From assembly GCA_964387285.1 (NCBI GenBank), contig CAYLWO010000003.1:100759-164758 (forward strand): a stretch of DNA of 64,000 bases. The letters run 5' to 3'. Made by a program: the position numbers and the translations under genes. Origin of the DNA: an uncultured Cytophagia bacterium (GTDB taxonomy: Bacteria > Zhuqueibacterota > Zhuqueibacteria > Residuimicrobiales > Residuimicrobiaceae). The notes beneath the pieces are model-generated. The model worked only from the letters and a program-made list of their open reading frames with translations, was not told the DNA's origin and ran no database searches. Shown one piece after another: positions 31,229 to 40,505 of the stretch; the first letter of the stretch is position 1; the number at the start of each line of letters is the position of its first letter.

Positions 31229-31770
31229 TTTTTCTCCTTTTCATTAAAAAGTTACATCAATAAATGGGGTAGAAAATTCTGGTTATTTCACGTTTTTATG
31301 GTGAAAAGACGAAACCAAAAAAAGAATGATTTTTTAATAACTTGTTAATGTTGAACGTAAAGGGAGTGATAAAATTTATTAAACTGCTGCAGGTGAACTA
31401 TACAAATAACGTGCCAATTGATAAGAAAGATTTAATTTAGGTGATATGTAAAAAAATTTTGTTTGTGGGAACGGTGAGTTTCAATTTTAATTCTATTAGA
31501 GTTATCATCGGATGGTCTGAAAACGATTTGGCTTTGCCAGTAAATAATTCGAAAAAAAGAGCAGATGACAGCACGCAGAGCCACCATCTACTTATCCTGT
31601 GGATATTTGATATAGATTTATAACAATGATCTATCTCCTTTTTGTTGCGAGTCGGTATTTTGGGGACTAAGCCAAGACAAATTCTATAATATCAATTTTT
31701 TATACAATGATAATTTTACAATTGTTTTGAAATTAATAAGTATTGCTTGTCTTGGTCCGAGCCCGTATAT

Positions 31771-32916
31771 CTATTTCCGATTTGGATTGTACCGGATGGG
31801 TTTTCCTTCCACCCGCTCAATTGGATCATTGACAAAAACTCTGCCGAGTCCGATGGCAGAGGTGAGCGTGCCGCCTTTTTTGTCCTCGCTGATGCCGTCC
31901 GAGTAACCCAGATCCACCGGAACTTTGCCTCTGCCGCCCTGAGCATCTACCACATAAGTGGGTCGGAGAAATCCGGTGGTGGCGCCGCATAGGTCGCGAC
32001 AAATTTCTTTCCCTTTATTGACCGGTGTTCTGAAATGGCCCGTGCCTTCCACCAGATCAGCATAATAGAGATAATAGGGCCTGACGCCCATTTTCCCGAG
32101 ACTGTGCACAAGGTTGCGCATGACATCCGTATCATCGTTAACGCCTTTAAGCAAAACCGACTGGTTTCCTAATGGGATGCCCACTTGCCGCAATATTTGC
32201 ACAGCCTGCCAGCTTTCCTCAGTTATCTCATTGGGATGATTAAAATGGGTATTGATGAAAAGCTGTGGATCCTTGAACGATCGTGGCGTGTGACTCTTGA
32301 GCACCTCGATCAGTTCCGTATCCTCGACAATTTTCTGCGGCCAGACGCAGGGCACGCGGGTGCCGATGCGAATGACATCCAGGTGATCGATCTTTTTGAG
32401 CTTGCCTAAAATTTCATCGAGACGTTTGTTCGAAATGAGCAAAGGATCTCCGCCGGAGATCAGCACATCCCGGATCTCCTCATGGCCGGCAACATAGTCA
32501 ACGCCCTTCATGATCTCTTCGATAGCCGGATTTTTGTGGTCGTCGCCGACCTTGCGTTTTCTGGTGCAGAACCGGCAATACATGGCGCACTCGTTGGATA
32601 CGAACAACAGCACGCGGTCTGGATAACGGTGGATGATGGTTCTGGGACCTCCCAATGGAATATCACCCTCCTCATCCAGGGGATCCTCGCTCAAATCCAT
32701 GTAATGCTCGAGCTCTTCCACATCGGGAATGGCTTGTTTCCAGATGCCGTCGTTTATTTTTTGAATAAGGCTGAGATAATAGGTATTCACCCGCATCGGA
32801 TATTTGGCAATGACCTGCTCAAGCTGCGGATCAACGCGCGCACCCTGTCCTGTGAGCCATTTTTCCAGGTCTGCAAAGGTCTTGATCGCATTTTTTAGAA
32901 TATCTTTATAGGCCAT
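31771..32916 (-). CDS. KamA-family radical SAM aminomutase (lysine 2,3-aminomutase-like), C-terminally shorter than canonical KamA.
   Basis: CAMYCRFCTRKR (CxxxCxxC). Extensive similarity to Clostridium KamA (TPYYLSL..., NTHFNHPNEITEES..., LGNQSVLL.GVND, RPYYLY, HFRTPV). Lacks the C-terminal Cys-rich zinc tail. Confidence 0.8.
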   Translation of the reverse strand: MAYKDILKNAIKTFADLEKWLTGQGARVDPQLEQVIAKYPMRVNTYYLSLIQKINDGIWKQAIPDVEELEHYMDLSEDPLDEEGDIPLGGPRTIIHRYPDRVLLFVSNECAMYCRFCTRKRKVGDDHKNPAIEEIMKGVDYVAGHEEIRDVLISGGDPLLISNKRLDEILGKLKKIDHLDVIRIGTRVPCVWPQKIVEDTELIEVLKSHTPRSFKDPQLFINTHFNHPNEITEESWQAVQILRQVGIPLGNQSVLLKGVNDDTDVMRNLVHSLGKMGVRPYYLYYADLVEGTGHFRTPVNKGKEICRDLCGATTGFLRPTYVVDAQGGRGKVPVDLGYSDGISEDKKGGTLTSAIGLGRVFVNDPIERVEGKPIRYNPNRK

Positions 32917-32951
32917 GTCACGTTCTCCTCCCGTATTGTTTTTTTAAAACC

Positions 32952-33857
32952 TTACTGGTTTATAAATTCGGTGAGATCCAATTTCGGTAAATCCAATCCG
33001 ATTACCACCAGTTGATTTTTCCCCACCTGGCCGGTTGGGAACAACGTCTCCTGCCATGTGTCCTGGCCTGCATCAATATAATAGCACTGATTCTCGATAG
33101 TGACAAATCCCTTGGCGCGCAACTGGCTGCCCTGTATTTTTTGGACCAGCCTTTGCCACGCAGCGCGAGTAAAGATACCATCCGTTTGCAGGGTAAGGGA
33201 TTGCACCGGATCCGGACGCCCATCGCCCAATTCGCCAACCGGTGCAGGCCGCGGACGACGCAGACGCTGCAGCAGGTCCAGAGAAAAATTTGCGTATTGG
33301 GTTTCAATGACCTGCGCTCGCGGCGCCAGTTCTGCCAGAGCCTGACGTGTTGCGTCTAGAGCTTCTGCAGAAGCCAAATCGGTTTTATTCAGCAGGATCA
33401 GATCAGCGTTCACAACCTGTGAAATCGGCGCTTGCAGAAATTTAACGATTTTGAAAAAATTCGTCGCATCCACCAAAGCAACACAGGCCTGCAAATCAAT
33501 GCGCCGGATGAGATTAGGCAAGGCCAGCATTTTTTCCATCTCGGACGTATCGGCCAGACCTGTGGCTTCGATCAACAACAGCTCCGGCCTGAGCTGCACG
33601 GCGATGCGTTCGATTTCGTCGATAAAATCGGTGCGCACACAGATGCAGAACAGGCTGCCCTTGTTTAATTCTACCAGTTGATAATCGCCTTTGAGCAACA
33701 ATGCGCCGTCAATGCCCACCTGACCGAATTCATTGACCAGCAACACGGTGCGCCGGCTGCGATAATGCTCGATCAGCCGGTTCAGCAACGTGGTTTTGCC
33801 GGCAGCGAGAAAACCGGTGAGTAAAATGGTGGGAATCAATCCATGCTTTTCAGCCAT
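32952..33857 (-). CDS. COG0523 / CobW-family G3E GTPase (putative metallochaperone).
   Basis: P-loop GFLAAGKTTLLNRL, switch region LLVNEFGQVGIDG, and a C-terminal CobW_C-like region. Confidence 0.7.
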   Translation of the reverse strand: MAEKHGLIPTILLTGFLAAGKTTLLNRLIEHYRSRRTVLLVNEFGQVGIDGALLLKGDYQLVELNKGSLFCICVRTDFIDEIERIAVQLRPELLLIEATGLADTSEMEKMLALPNLIRRIDLQACVALVDATNFFKIVKFLQAPISQVVNADLILLNKTDLASAEALDATRQALAELAPRAQVIETQYANFSLDLLQRLRRPRPAPVGELGDGRPDPVQSLTLQTDGIFTRAAWQRLVQKIQGSQLRAKGFVTIENQCYYIDAGQDTWQETLFPTGQVGKNQLVVIGLDLPKLDLTEFINQ

Positions 33858-35455
33858 TCCTTGATGACCTCCACCGAAGGCACGCGACCATCCGCTTTAA
33901 CCTGCTCGACCACGCTGATGATAGCCGGCAATTCGTTGATCTGATAACCGGCGATTTTTTTCTTGTCAATGATTTTGTGGATTTCCACCCGACTGCCCAG
34001 TTCTTTCTGCGCCTGGCGTACGTTTTCCATTGCTTGACGACTGGCTTCGCTGTCGTCGGCCAAAACCAGCAACCGGCCGCGGTTTTGCCACATTTTAAGC
34101 GAATACTTTTCATTGATGCGTTGCTGAATGGCTTTGATCAATTCCTGGCGGGAAGGGATGATGCTGACGAATTTGATCTGTCCGTCGATGCAGATGGTGG
34201 GTATATTTTTCACCATCAGGCCCATCATAAACTCGATGGATTCCCGTTCCTTGATTTTGTGCTCGCGCCAGATGACCAGTCCGTGGAAACTTTCGACTGC
34301 TGAGCGCACCGCCTCCACCATATACTGGCAGGGTGCGCAGGATTCCGAATCCAGCGTCACCACATCGACGATGACCTGATCGGAGCGACCGTACTCGCTG
34401 AGATTAATGGTCTCCTCCGTTGCCTGTTCTTTGACCTGCAGCTCTTTTGCGACCTGTCGCTGATACGGATCTTGCACAAGGCCGGTGATCAGCTGCAGGT
34501 GATGAGGCGGCGTGGCAAAAGGCAAATCGCAACCCGGCGCCAGGATAAAGCCGGCATCCCCGCCGATCTCCAGACACTCCAGCGCATTGCGCGTCACGTC
34601 CGATTCTTTACCGAGCAGCAGGACCACGGTCAATTGCAGATTGCCGCCGAACGAGACCTTGTGTTTTTGACAAATGCTTTTGACAAAATCGAGGGGAATG
34701 TTTTCATCCACGGAAATGTTATCCGGCCCGGTCAGGCACATGTTTTCCACATTTTTCTGCGCATGACCGCAGACAAAAAACGAGCTCGGTTTCTTTCTAT
34801 TGCGCACATGCCGGAAAAAATCAGAAGCGTAAGGTGTCACGTATTCCTGAAACGCTTCGGGTGAAATCTGGCTGGTCATGGGATCGACAATGGAAATGAT
34901 GTCGCAGTTATGATCAATATAAATATCGGCCATGCTTTTGGCCACGGTGGTGCAATAAGCCAACAAGGCTTTAACCTCATCAGGCCGGTCATACATGTCG
35001 ATAAAAATGGAAGTGCCTTTCAGATGCAAAGCCAGAGTAAAAGGACCGGTGATCAAACCATAGAGGGCCACATCCGGAGCTGATTTTTGTATCTGCTGCA
35101 AAGCGTACAGGATAACAGGGATTCGACCGGCTGTGGCGGACAATGGCGGCAGGTCCTGCAGTTGTTTTTCATCCAAAACATGGCTCTGTACTGCCGGTGG
35201 ATTTTCCGGGGCCCACTGCAGCTTACAGCCGAGAATTTCCGCTTCAACCGAGAGATCGAAATAAACCGGAATGCCGTCCGGTTTATACAGCTCGATGGCC
35301 TTTAAGATGCCTTTGGTCAATAAATCGCCGGATTTTAGAAATGACTCGGCATCTGTTTGGATCAACGAAGCGCCGTGACAACCAACGAACGGCACCCAGG
35401 GCGTCCGTTCGGTTTTTTTACCGTGGATGGCGTCTAACAGGAGGCTTTTGCCCAT
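33836..35455 (-). CDS. URO-D/MtaA-like (uroporphyrinogen decarboxylase family) domain fused to two tandem thioredoxin-fold (redox-active disulfide protein 2-like) domains.
   Basis: URO-D-like N-terminus KSLLLDAIHGKKTERTPWVP; ...APGCDLPFATPP. C-terminal domain 1 has CAPC (CxxC). Domain 2 (...GYQINELPAIISVVEQVKADGRVPSVEVIKEWL) matches the MTH895-type thioredoxin fold but lacks CxxC. Confidence 0.55.
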   Translation of the reverse strand: MGKSLLLDAIHGKKTERTPWVPFVGCHGASLIQTDAESFLKSGDLLTKGILKAIELYKPDGIPVYFDLSVEAEILGCKLQWAPENPPAVQSHVLDEKQLQDLPPLSATAGRIPVILYALQQIQKSAPDVALYGLITGPFTLALHLKGTSIFIDMYDRPDEVKALLAYCTTVAKSMADIYIDHNCDIISIVDPMTSQISPEAFQEYVTPYASDFFRHVRNRKKPSSFFVCGHAQKNVENMCLTGPDNISVDENIPLDFVKSICQKHKVSFGGNLQLTVVLLLGKESDVTRNALECLEIGGDAGFILAPGCDLPFATPPHHLQLITGLVQDPYQRQVAKELQVKEQATEETINLSEYGRSDQVIVDVVTLDSESCAPCQYMVEAVRSAVESFHGLVIWREHKIKERESIEFMMGLMVKNIPTICIDGQIKFVSIIPSRQELIKAIQQRINEKYSLKMWQNRGRLLVLADDSEASRQAMENVRQAQKELGSRVEIHKIIDKKKIAGYQINELPAIISVVEQVKADGRVPSVEVIKEWLKSMD

Positions 35456-35707
35456 ATGAAACGACCTTTCTTATGATTTACAACTTTTGAGCGGCTTTGT
35501 CCGTATTGCGATTTATATATCAAGGAGTGCAAAGCAAACACTCAGCAGGTTAGCTGATTAATATGGTTTTAAATTATGAATTTCAAGGGGTTCAGACAAG
35601 CATTATTTTTCTGTGCGTCAGGTCAAATTCTTAAAATAAAGAATTTGCGAAAACTGATTAGAATGACTAAATTTATATCTAAATTTTTCATCAAGAAGGG
35701 AGCAAGT

Positions 35708-36430
35708 ATGCGTAGTAAAATTCTAGTGTGTGCGGCAGTGGTGGCGATGATGATCAATTCGGTTTATGCGGATATCATGATGAAGCGAAAAATACATACT
35801 GATGCCATGAAGATGATGGGCATGACCACGCCGGCCAAAGATGAAATCAGCACCACCTGGATCGCTGAGGGCAAAATGAGCAATGACAGTCCGGAGAGCA
35901 TGGTGATCCTGCGCAGCGATAAAGAGGTCATTTATACCATTTCGAAAAAAGATAAAAAGTATGTGGAAATTCCGTTCAGCACGCTTACCAGTGTTGCCGC
36001 TGATCCTCAAATGGATGAGGTCATGAAGGGCATGGCCGGTCAGATAAAAATCTCCATTACCGAAACGGCAGAGACCAAGGACATCAACGGATGGAAATGC
36101 CGTAAATATAACCAGGTGATGACCATGCCCATGGTCGGACCCGTGACCAGTGAAGTGTGGGCCAGCCCGGACATCAAGGTCGATTTTGAAATGTATATGA
36201 AAGCGTCGGCTGCCTTGTATGCGCGCATGCCGGGCATGGGCAGCGCTTTGCAGGATATCATTAAAGAGATGAAAAAAATGAAAGGCATTCCGGTTCTGAC
36301 CACGACGACCATGAAAATGATGGGCGCTGAGATGAAAACCAGCGACGAACTGCTGGAAGTCAAAGAGGATAAAGCGCCGGCCGGCGTGTTTGAGATTCCG
36401 GCCGGATACAAAAAGACGGATATGAAATAA
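35708..36430 (+). CDS. DUF4412-like periplasmic protein.
   Basis: Start at MRSKILVCAAVVAMM after AAGAAGGGA. Met-rich MKMMGMTTPAKDE region typical of DUF4412. Confidence 0.5.
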   Translation: MRSKILVCAAVVAMMINSVYADIMMKRKIHTDAMKMMGMTTPAKDEISTTWIAEGKMSNDSPESMVILRSDKEVIYTISKKDKKYVEIPFSTLTSVAADPQMDEVMKGMAGQIKISITETAETKDINGWKCRKYNQVMTMPMVGPVTSEVWASPDIKVDFEMYMKASAALYARMPGMGSALQDIIKEMKKMKGIPVLTTTTMKMMGAEMKTSDELLEVKEDKAPAGVFEIPAGYKKTDMK

Positions 36431-36478
36431 TTTTTCATTATCCTGCTTGCAGGATATCGTTGATTTTACAATGTAAAA

Positions 36479-36511
36479 AACGTCGAATATCAGGTTCGGC
36501 GTTTTTTTTTT
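36479..36511 (+). terminator. Rho-independent terminator.
   Basis: AACGTCGAA-tatcaggt-TTCGGCGTT stem (one G-U pair) followed by T10. Confidence 0.7.
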
Positions 36512-36593
36512 GAGATTTTCAAAAAGATCGCTCAGCTGATTCCTGTCGAGGGAAAGTTGAAGAGGTCGTCCAAAAGAGACTTGCGCATATAGT

Positions 36594-36625
36594 GCCGGAA
36601 ATTTCTCCGCCTAAAGGCGGAACTA
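36594..36625. repeat. Intergenic repeat family 2, copy 2 (core only).
   Basis: gccggaaatttctccgcctaaaggcggaacta is 32/32 identical to 50187-50218. Confidence 0.5.
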
Positions 36626-36710
36626 GCTGCTCATTACGACTTTGAACGGGGAGGAAGAACGTCCTGTCCCAACTCTGGCGCCGGAGGATTTACCGGCGCG
36701 ATCATGATCC

Positions 36711-37712
36711 TTACGGATATACCTCCAGCGCCCTGCTTTGCGCCAGCAAATTCTCTGGCGGCGTGCCATCCGGAATTTCGCAACCAGCGGCGCTAAAGCA
36801 GGTTTCCCCACCGTTGATAATACAGTCGCCGACCGCTTTGCTTACTTTTGCCGGTGAACCGAAACGCATGATGCTTACCGGATTCTGATTGCCGCACACA
36901 GCGGCCTGAGGAGTGAAAATGTGCGCCGCCCTTTTCAGATCCACCATCCAATCAACATCGATGATGTCTGCGTCGGACAAAACCATGTCCGATAAAATCG
37001 CACTGGTGTCGCCGCAAATATGCAAACGTGTTAATGCACCGGCTTTTTTAACTGCGCTAAAAATTCGCTGTTCATAGGGCAAGGCATACCGTTGATAGAA
37101 TAGTGGAGATATCTGCGAAGCAATGGCATCGCCGAGGCCGATGATATCGGCCCCGGCCTGCACTTGCGCAAGGGCAAACGCGGTTTCCTGTTCACAGGCA
37201 AAAGCCAACAGATCCTGCAGCCATGCCGGCTCGTCGCACAGAGCGGTCAAAAGCTGCGTTACGCCCATCAGGGTTGCACTCAGCGCCAATGCCCCTTCCA
37301 CCCATCCCATACTCATTACCTCCGGTCTCTGCTGATGAAAGAGGGCAATAGCCTGTAATCGGTCTGCCATACGTGGACCGGATTCCGGTTGAACCATTCT
37401 GAGGGATAGAATGTCCTGCGGTGTGTTGATGAGCGGAGTTGTGCAAACCGGCAGGTCGTCCTGGGGAAAATGAATCCTGCTGCCCAAATCATGCGCTTCG
37501 CGATAGGGATCCGAGATGGCCTGCAGTACATCGAGTTGAAAATCCCGCTGCGCGTGAAAATTGGCCTCAGCTAAAACGCGGTAGTCCTGGTAATATTCAG
37601 ACAACGGTCGCTGTATATGGTGGCAGGCAAAGATCATCATGATGTTGAAATTGGGGACACGGTCCACCGTCTTGCCCTGCAGCCGGTGTTGCACTCTCTC
37701 TTTACTGTTCAC
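36711..37712 (-). CDS. MtaA/CmuA-family zinc methyltransferase (URO-D superfamily).
   Basis: GTG start 8 nt after the aclA stop gives MNSKERVQHRLQGKTVDRVP; the annotated 37823 start would overlap aclA by 104 nt. Zinc motif LHICGDTSAIL and downstream GCEIP. Confidence 0.65.
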   Translation of the reverse strand: MNSKERVQHRLQGKTVDRVPNFNIMMIFACHHIQRPLSEYYQDYRVLAEANFHAQRDFQLDVLQAISDPYREAHDLGSRIHFPQDDLPVCTTPLINTPQDILSLRMVQPESGPRMADRLQAIALFHQQRPEVMSMGWVEGALALSATLMGVTQLLTALCDEPAWLQDLLAFACEQETAFALAQVQAGADIIGLGDAIASQISPLFYQRYALPYEQRIFSAVKKAGALTRLHICGDTSAILSDMVLSDADIIDVDWMVDLKRAAHIFTPQAAVCGNQNPVSIMRFGSPAKVSKAVGDCIINGGETCFSAAGCEIPDGTPPENLLAQSRALEVYP

Positions 37713-37719
37713 AATCGTC

Positions 37720-40443
37720 TCAGATAACGAATTGAATTTTATCCTGCGGCGTACGGCAATCCATATCCAGGCCGCGATCACGATGATCCGCGATTTCCGC
37801 AGCAATGCCGATGGCGCGACCATACAGGAATTGTGTAAACGATAAATCCTGCACCATGCTGATGGTGATGCGTTTGGAATGCAAATCCTTCCACACCAGT
37901 TTTAAAATAATCACGGCCAGCACCGCATCGATATTGACGCAAAAGACGTTTTTGGTGACGCCTTCATTGAAAAGCTCTTTGACCAACAGTCGGTAAAACT
38001 CGTGAAAGGCGTTATAGATGCCGCGTTGCGCCATTTCGTCATAGATGAATTTTTCGCGCGGATCGATGTTGACGGCATTGCCTTTAAAAACCGGATGGTT
38101 GATGCAGGGAATGCGTTTGATCGGTTGCTCGGTTTGTTCTTTTTCCGTTTTTTTATAATCGCGATAATGGCAGGCCGCATCATGGGCGAGCTTTTTTAAA
38201 TCGAGATTATGGTTGCGGTCGCCCGGGTCTGCCTCGATCGTGGGGAAATTCTCCAGCAGAAAAGCAATGGCCTCAAATCCATTGCCGCCATGGGCCAGCC
38301 CCGTGCTGGTCAGAAAACCGAGAAACGCCGTGGCAATGTGATTGCGCGCACTGACCGATTGCTTGGCCCCTTTGGCCGACAGGGTGCCGGGTCCGTTGGT
38401 CAGGGTCAATCCGATCAGGGACTGGAATTCGAACAGCTCGGTCTCATTCGGCTTGCGATTGAACAAGATCGCAAAAGCGTTTTCGGTAAAACTGTTGTTC
38501 AGGTTGTCGATTTTGGCGTCTATCAGTTCCCGCCAGTATTGGTTCTGTTTACGATCAATAACCGAATAAGCCACAATGCGGCTGATGATGTAAAAATAGG
38601 TTACCGCGTCCTCGACCACCTGTCGACTGATTCGTTTTTCCAGCATGGGCTTCCAGAACAGCGCCACGGCAATGCCGCCCATCAAAAACTCGTATTGATC
38701 ACGAATGTCTTTATTTTTCTCTTCTGCCAGATGAATGATGTGCTGCAATACCCGGATGGGAAAAGATTTCTTGGACGATTTTTTGATCTCTTTAAGAAAA
38801 AGCTCGGAAACGTCGGTTTTGCGTATGGGTTCATCGGTGAGCAAATGCACATCAAGATATTCATCCAGGGCCTGCGGAAACGCTTTGGTCACATCGCTGA
38901 TTTCGAATTCGCGGATCAAATCGATTAGGAAACAGGCCGCATCGCGCGCTTTGGCCAGCATTTGTCGATTGCCGATAAGGGCGATCTGCGAGCCGATGTA
39001 GGCGTTGGGCGTGCAACCGTTGCTGCGCGCCACATCCACGAGGTCCATGCGTCGCTCGTCCATTTTCAAAAACAGATTCAGCAAGAGATTAATGGTGGCT
39101 ACATCGTCCGCTTCCGGCATCACCTTGGCCAGACTGAAATAAATGTTCTCTTCCATGGAATGTTTGGCCAGTTCCAGAATGGACCGGCCATGCAATTCCG
39201 AAACCTGGGTCTTGGGATCCATGCGCGAGGCGCCGGATTTGTCCGCCATATTCTGTCGTAAAAAATGCGCGCCCACCTGTTTGTTGATCTCTTTGATCTG
39301 CTGATCATAGGGCGGCATGGCAGTTACCACCGGCATATCCAATTCTTTGGGCATTTTTATCCAGGAATCGCTGATCCATAGTTTCAGCGACAGATCGCCC
39401 TGGCTTTTAAAATCGCTCTCTTCGCCCATAGCCGCAAACACGGCTTTCATGGCATCAGGAAAGTGCTGGATGGAAGCCACGCGCACGCCACGCTTGCCCA
39501 CCTCTATCCTGGCCGGATTGAAAACCGGCACGCCGAAATAGTCGTCGAACCACTTTTCTTTGGATTCGGCGTCGTCGCCGCTGCCGGCCAATGCACCGGC
39601 ATGGCCGCACGAGCGCTGAATGTCTTTTTTCCAGCGACCGGTAACGCAAACCACAATGGGTTTGTTAAAACCGAACCGTCGTTCCGCAATCCAGTCCAGC
39701 GCCATTTTTTCATAATAACCGCCCGGCTCCACATAGAGCGCCACGGCCTTGGTGCGCGGATCGTTTTGTGCGGCATATAAAAACTCGGGCAGGGCGAAAT
39801 GAATGTAAATATCCTTGCCGGAACTCACCGCTGTGCTGATGCCGAATCCGGCAGAGCGCAGGTACTCGGCAATGGTGGTGGTGAAATTGCCGGAATTGGA
39901 ATGCAACGCCACCGATCCTTTTACCAGCGCTTCTGCGGGATTGTCGCCGCCCAGGGCGCCGCCGACGCGTACGTGATCCCACACATTGGCCACGCCCAGA
40001 CAATTGGCGCCGATGATGTCTACCCCTGCCTCCTGACAGACAAAGCGACAATTGCGCGAATCCCGGGCCGGCACTTTTTCGGTGACGATGACCACTCGTT
40101 TGAGTTTATCGTTATAATAGGCCAGTTCGGCAACCGCCTGACTCACCGCCAACGGCGGCAAATAGATGACGCCGATGTCAAAAAAAATGCCTTGTTCCAT
40201 GACATCTCGAATACTGCTGTACACCGGGATGGGACCGATCCTGGTCTCCAGTTCGCCTTTGCGTCCATATTGTACGCCGGCAACAATATTGCCGCCGCTG
40301 TATTCGTGCGACACCGGTGTGACCTTGCGGCTCTCGTTGCCCAATATATTGATGACGCACACGCGCGAATCCCGCGTGGCCATTTCTTCCAGAGAATGAA
40401 CGCCGAGAAAGTAAGGAAACGGTTTGGTCTTTTGTGGTCTCAT
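37720..40443 (-). CDS. ATP-citrate lyase alpha-like subunit: SucD-like CoA-binding/ligase domain fused to a citrate-synthase-like domain (AclA-like, about 908 aa).
   Basis: Start chosen at MRPQKTKPFPYFLG (ATG 40443) to avoid overlap with aclB. Phospho-His loop SCGHAGALAGSGDD (compare SucD MGHAGAI). C-terminal STGLAHGGNGFEAIAFL resembles the citrate synthase GPxHGGANE motif. Confidence 0.6.
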   Translation of the reverse strand: MRPQKTKPFPYFLGVHSLEEMATRDSRVCVINILGNESRKVTPVSHEYSGGNIVAGVQYGRKGELETRIGPIPVYSSIRDVMEQGIFFDIGVIYLPPLAVSQAVAELAYYNDKLKRVVIVTEKVPARDSRNCRFVCQEAGVDIIGANCLGVANVWDHVRVGGALGGDNPAEALVKGSVALHSNSGNFTTTIAEYLRSAGFGISTAVSSGKDIYIHFALPEFLYAAQNDPRTKAVALYVEPGGYYEKMALDWIAERRFGFNKPIVVCVTGRWKKDIQRSCGHAGALAGSGDDAESKEKWFDDYFGVPVFNPARIEVGKRGVRVASIQHFPDAMKAVFAAMGEESDFKSQGDLSLKLWISDSWIKMPKELDMPVVTAMPPYDQQIKEINKQVGAHFLRQNMADKSGASRMDPKTQVSELHGRSILELAKHSMEENIYFSLAKVMPEADDVATINLLLNLFLKMDERRMDLVDVARSNGCTPNAYIGSQIALIGNRQMLAKARDAACFLIDLIREFEISDVTKAFPQALDEYLDVHLLTDEPIRKTDVSELFLKEIKKSSKKSFPIRVLQHIIHLAEEKNKDIRDQYEFLMGGIAVALFWKPMLEKRISRQVVEDAVTYFYIISRIVAYSVIDRKQNQYWRELIDAKIDNLNNSFTENAFAILFNRKPNETELFEFQSLIGLTLTNGPGTLSAKGAKQSVSARNHIATAFLGFLTSTGLAHGGNGFEAIAFLLENFPTIEADPGDRNHNLDLKKLAHDAACHYRDYKKTEKEQTEQPIKRIPCINHPVFKGNAVNIDPREKFIYDEMAQRGIYNAFHEFYRLLVKELFNEGVTKNVFCVNIDAVLAVIILKLVWKDLHSKRITISMVQDLSFTQFLYGRAIGIAAEIADHRDRGLDMDCRTPQDKIQFVI

Positions 40444-40505
40444 GAAAAAATTTACCCTTGCAAAGGTTGCTGATTTGATGAAATACGAATTTTGTGTTCG
40501 CTTTT

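Noticed and set aside
31441-31623. 60-aa ORF in the AT-rich region upstream of the tail-fibre-like paralogs.
   Set aside because: AT-rich low-complexity translation, no RBS, and opposite in orientation to all neighbours. Most likely a noncoding promoter region.
35576-35707. Upstream extension of the DUF4412 ORF (MNFKGFRQALFF...).
   Set aside because: A good RBS (AAGAAGGGA) and a signal peptide begin at the internal Met (35708). The extension is AT-rich intergenic sequence.
36711-37823. Annotated 370-aa start of the MtaA-like gene overlapping aclA by 104 nt.
   Set aside because: A GTG eight nucleotides downstream of the aclA stop yields the canonical MtaA N-terminus (MNSKERV...VDRVP). The long overlap with an in-frame hydrophobic extension is implausible.
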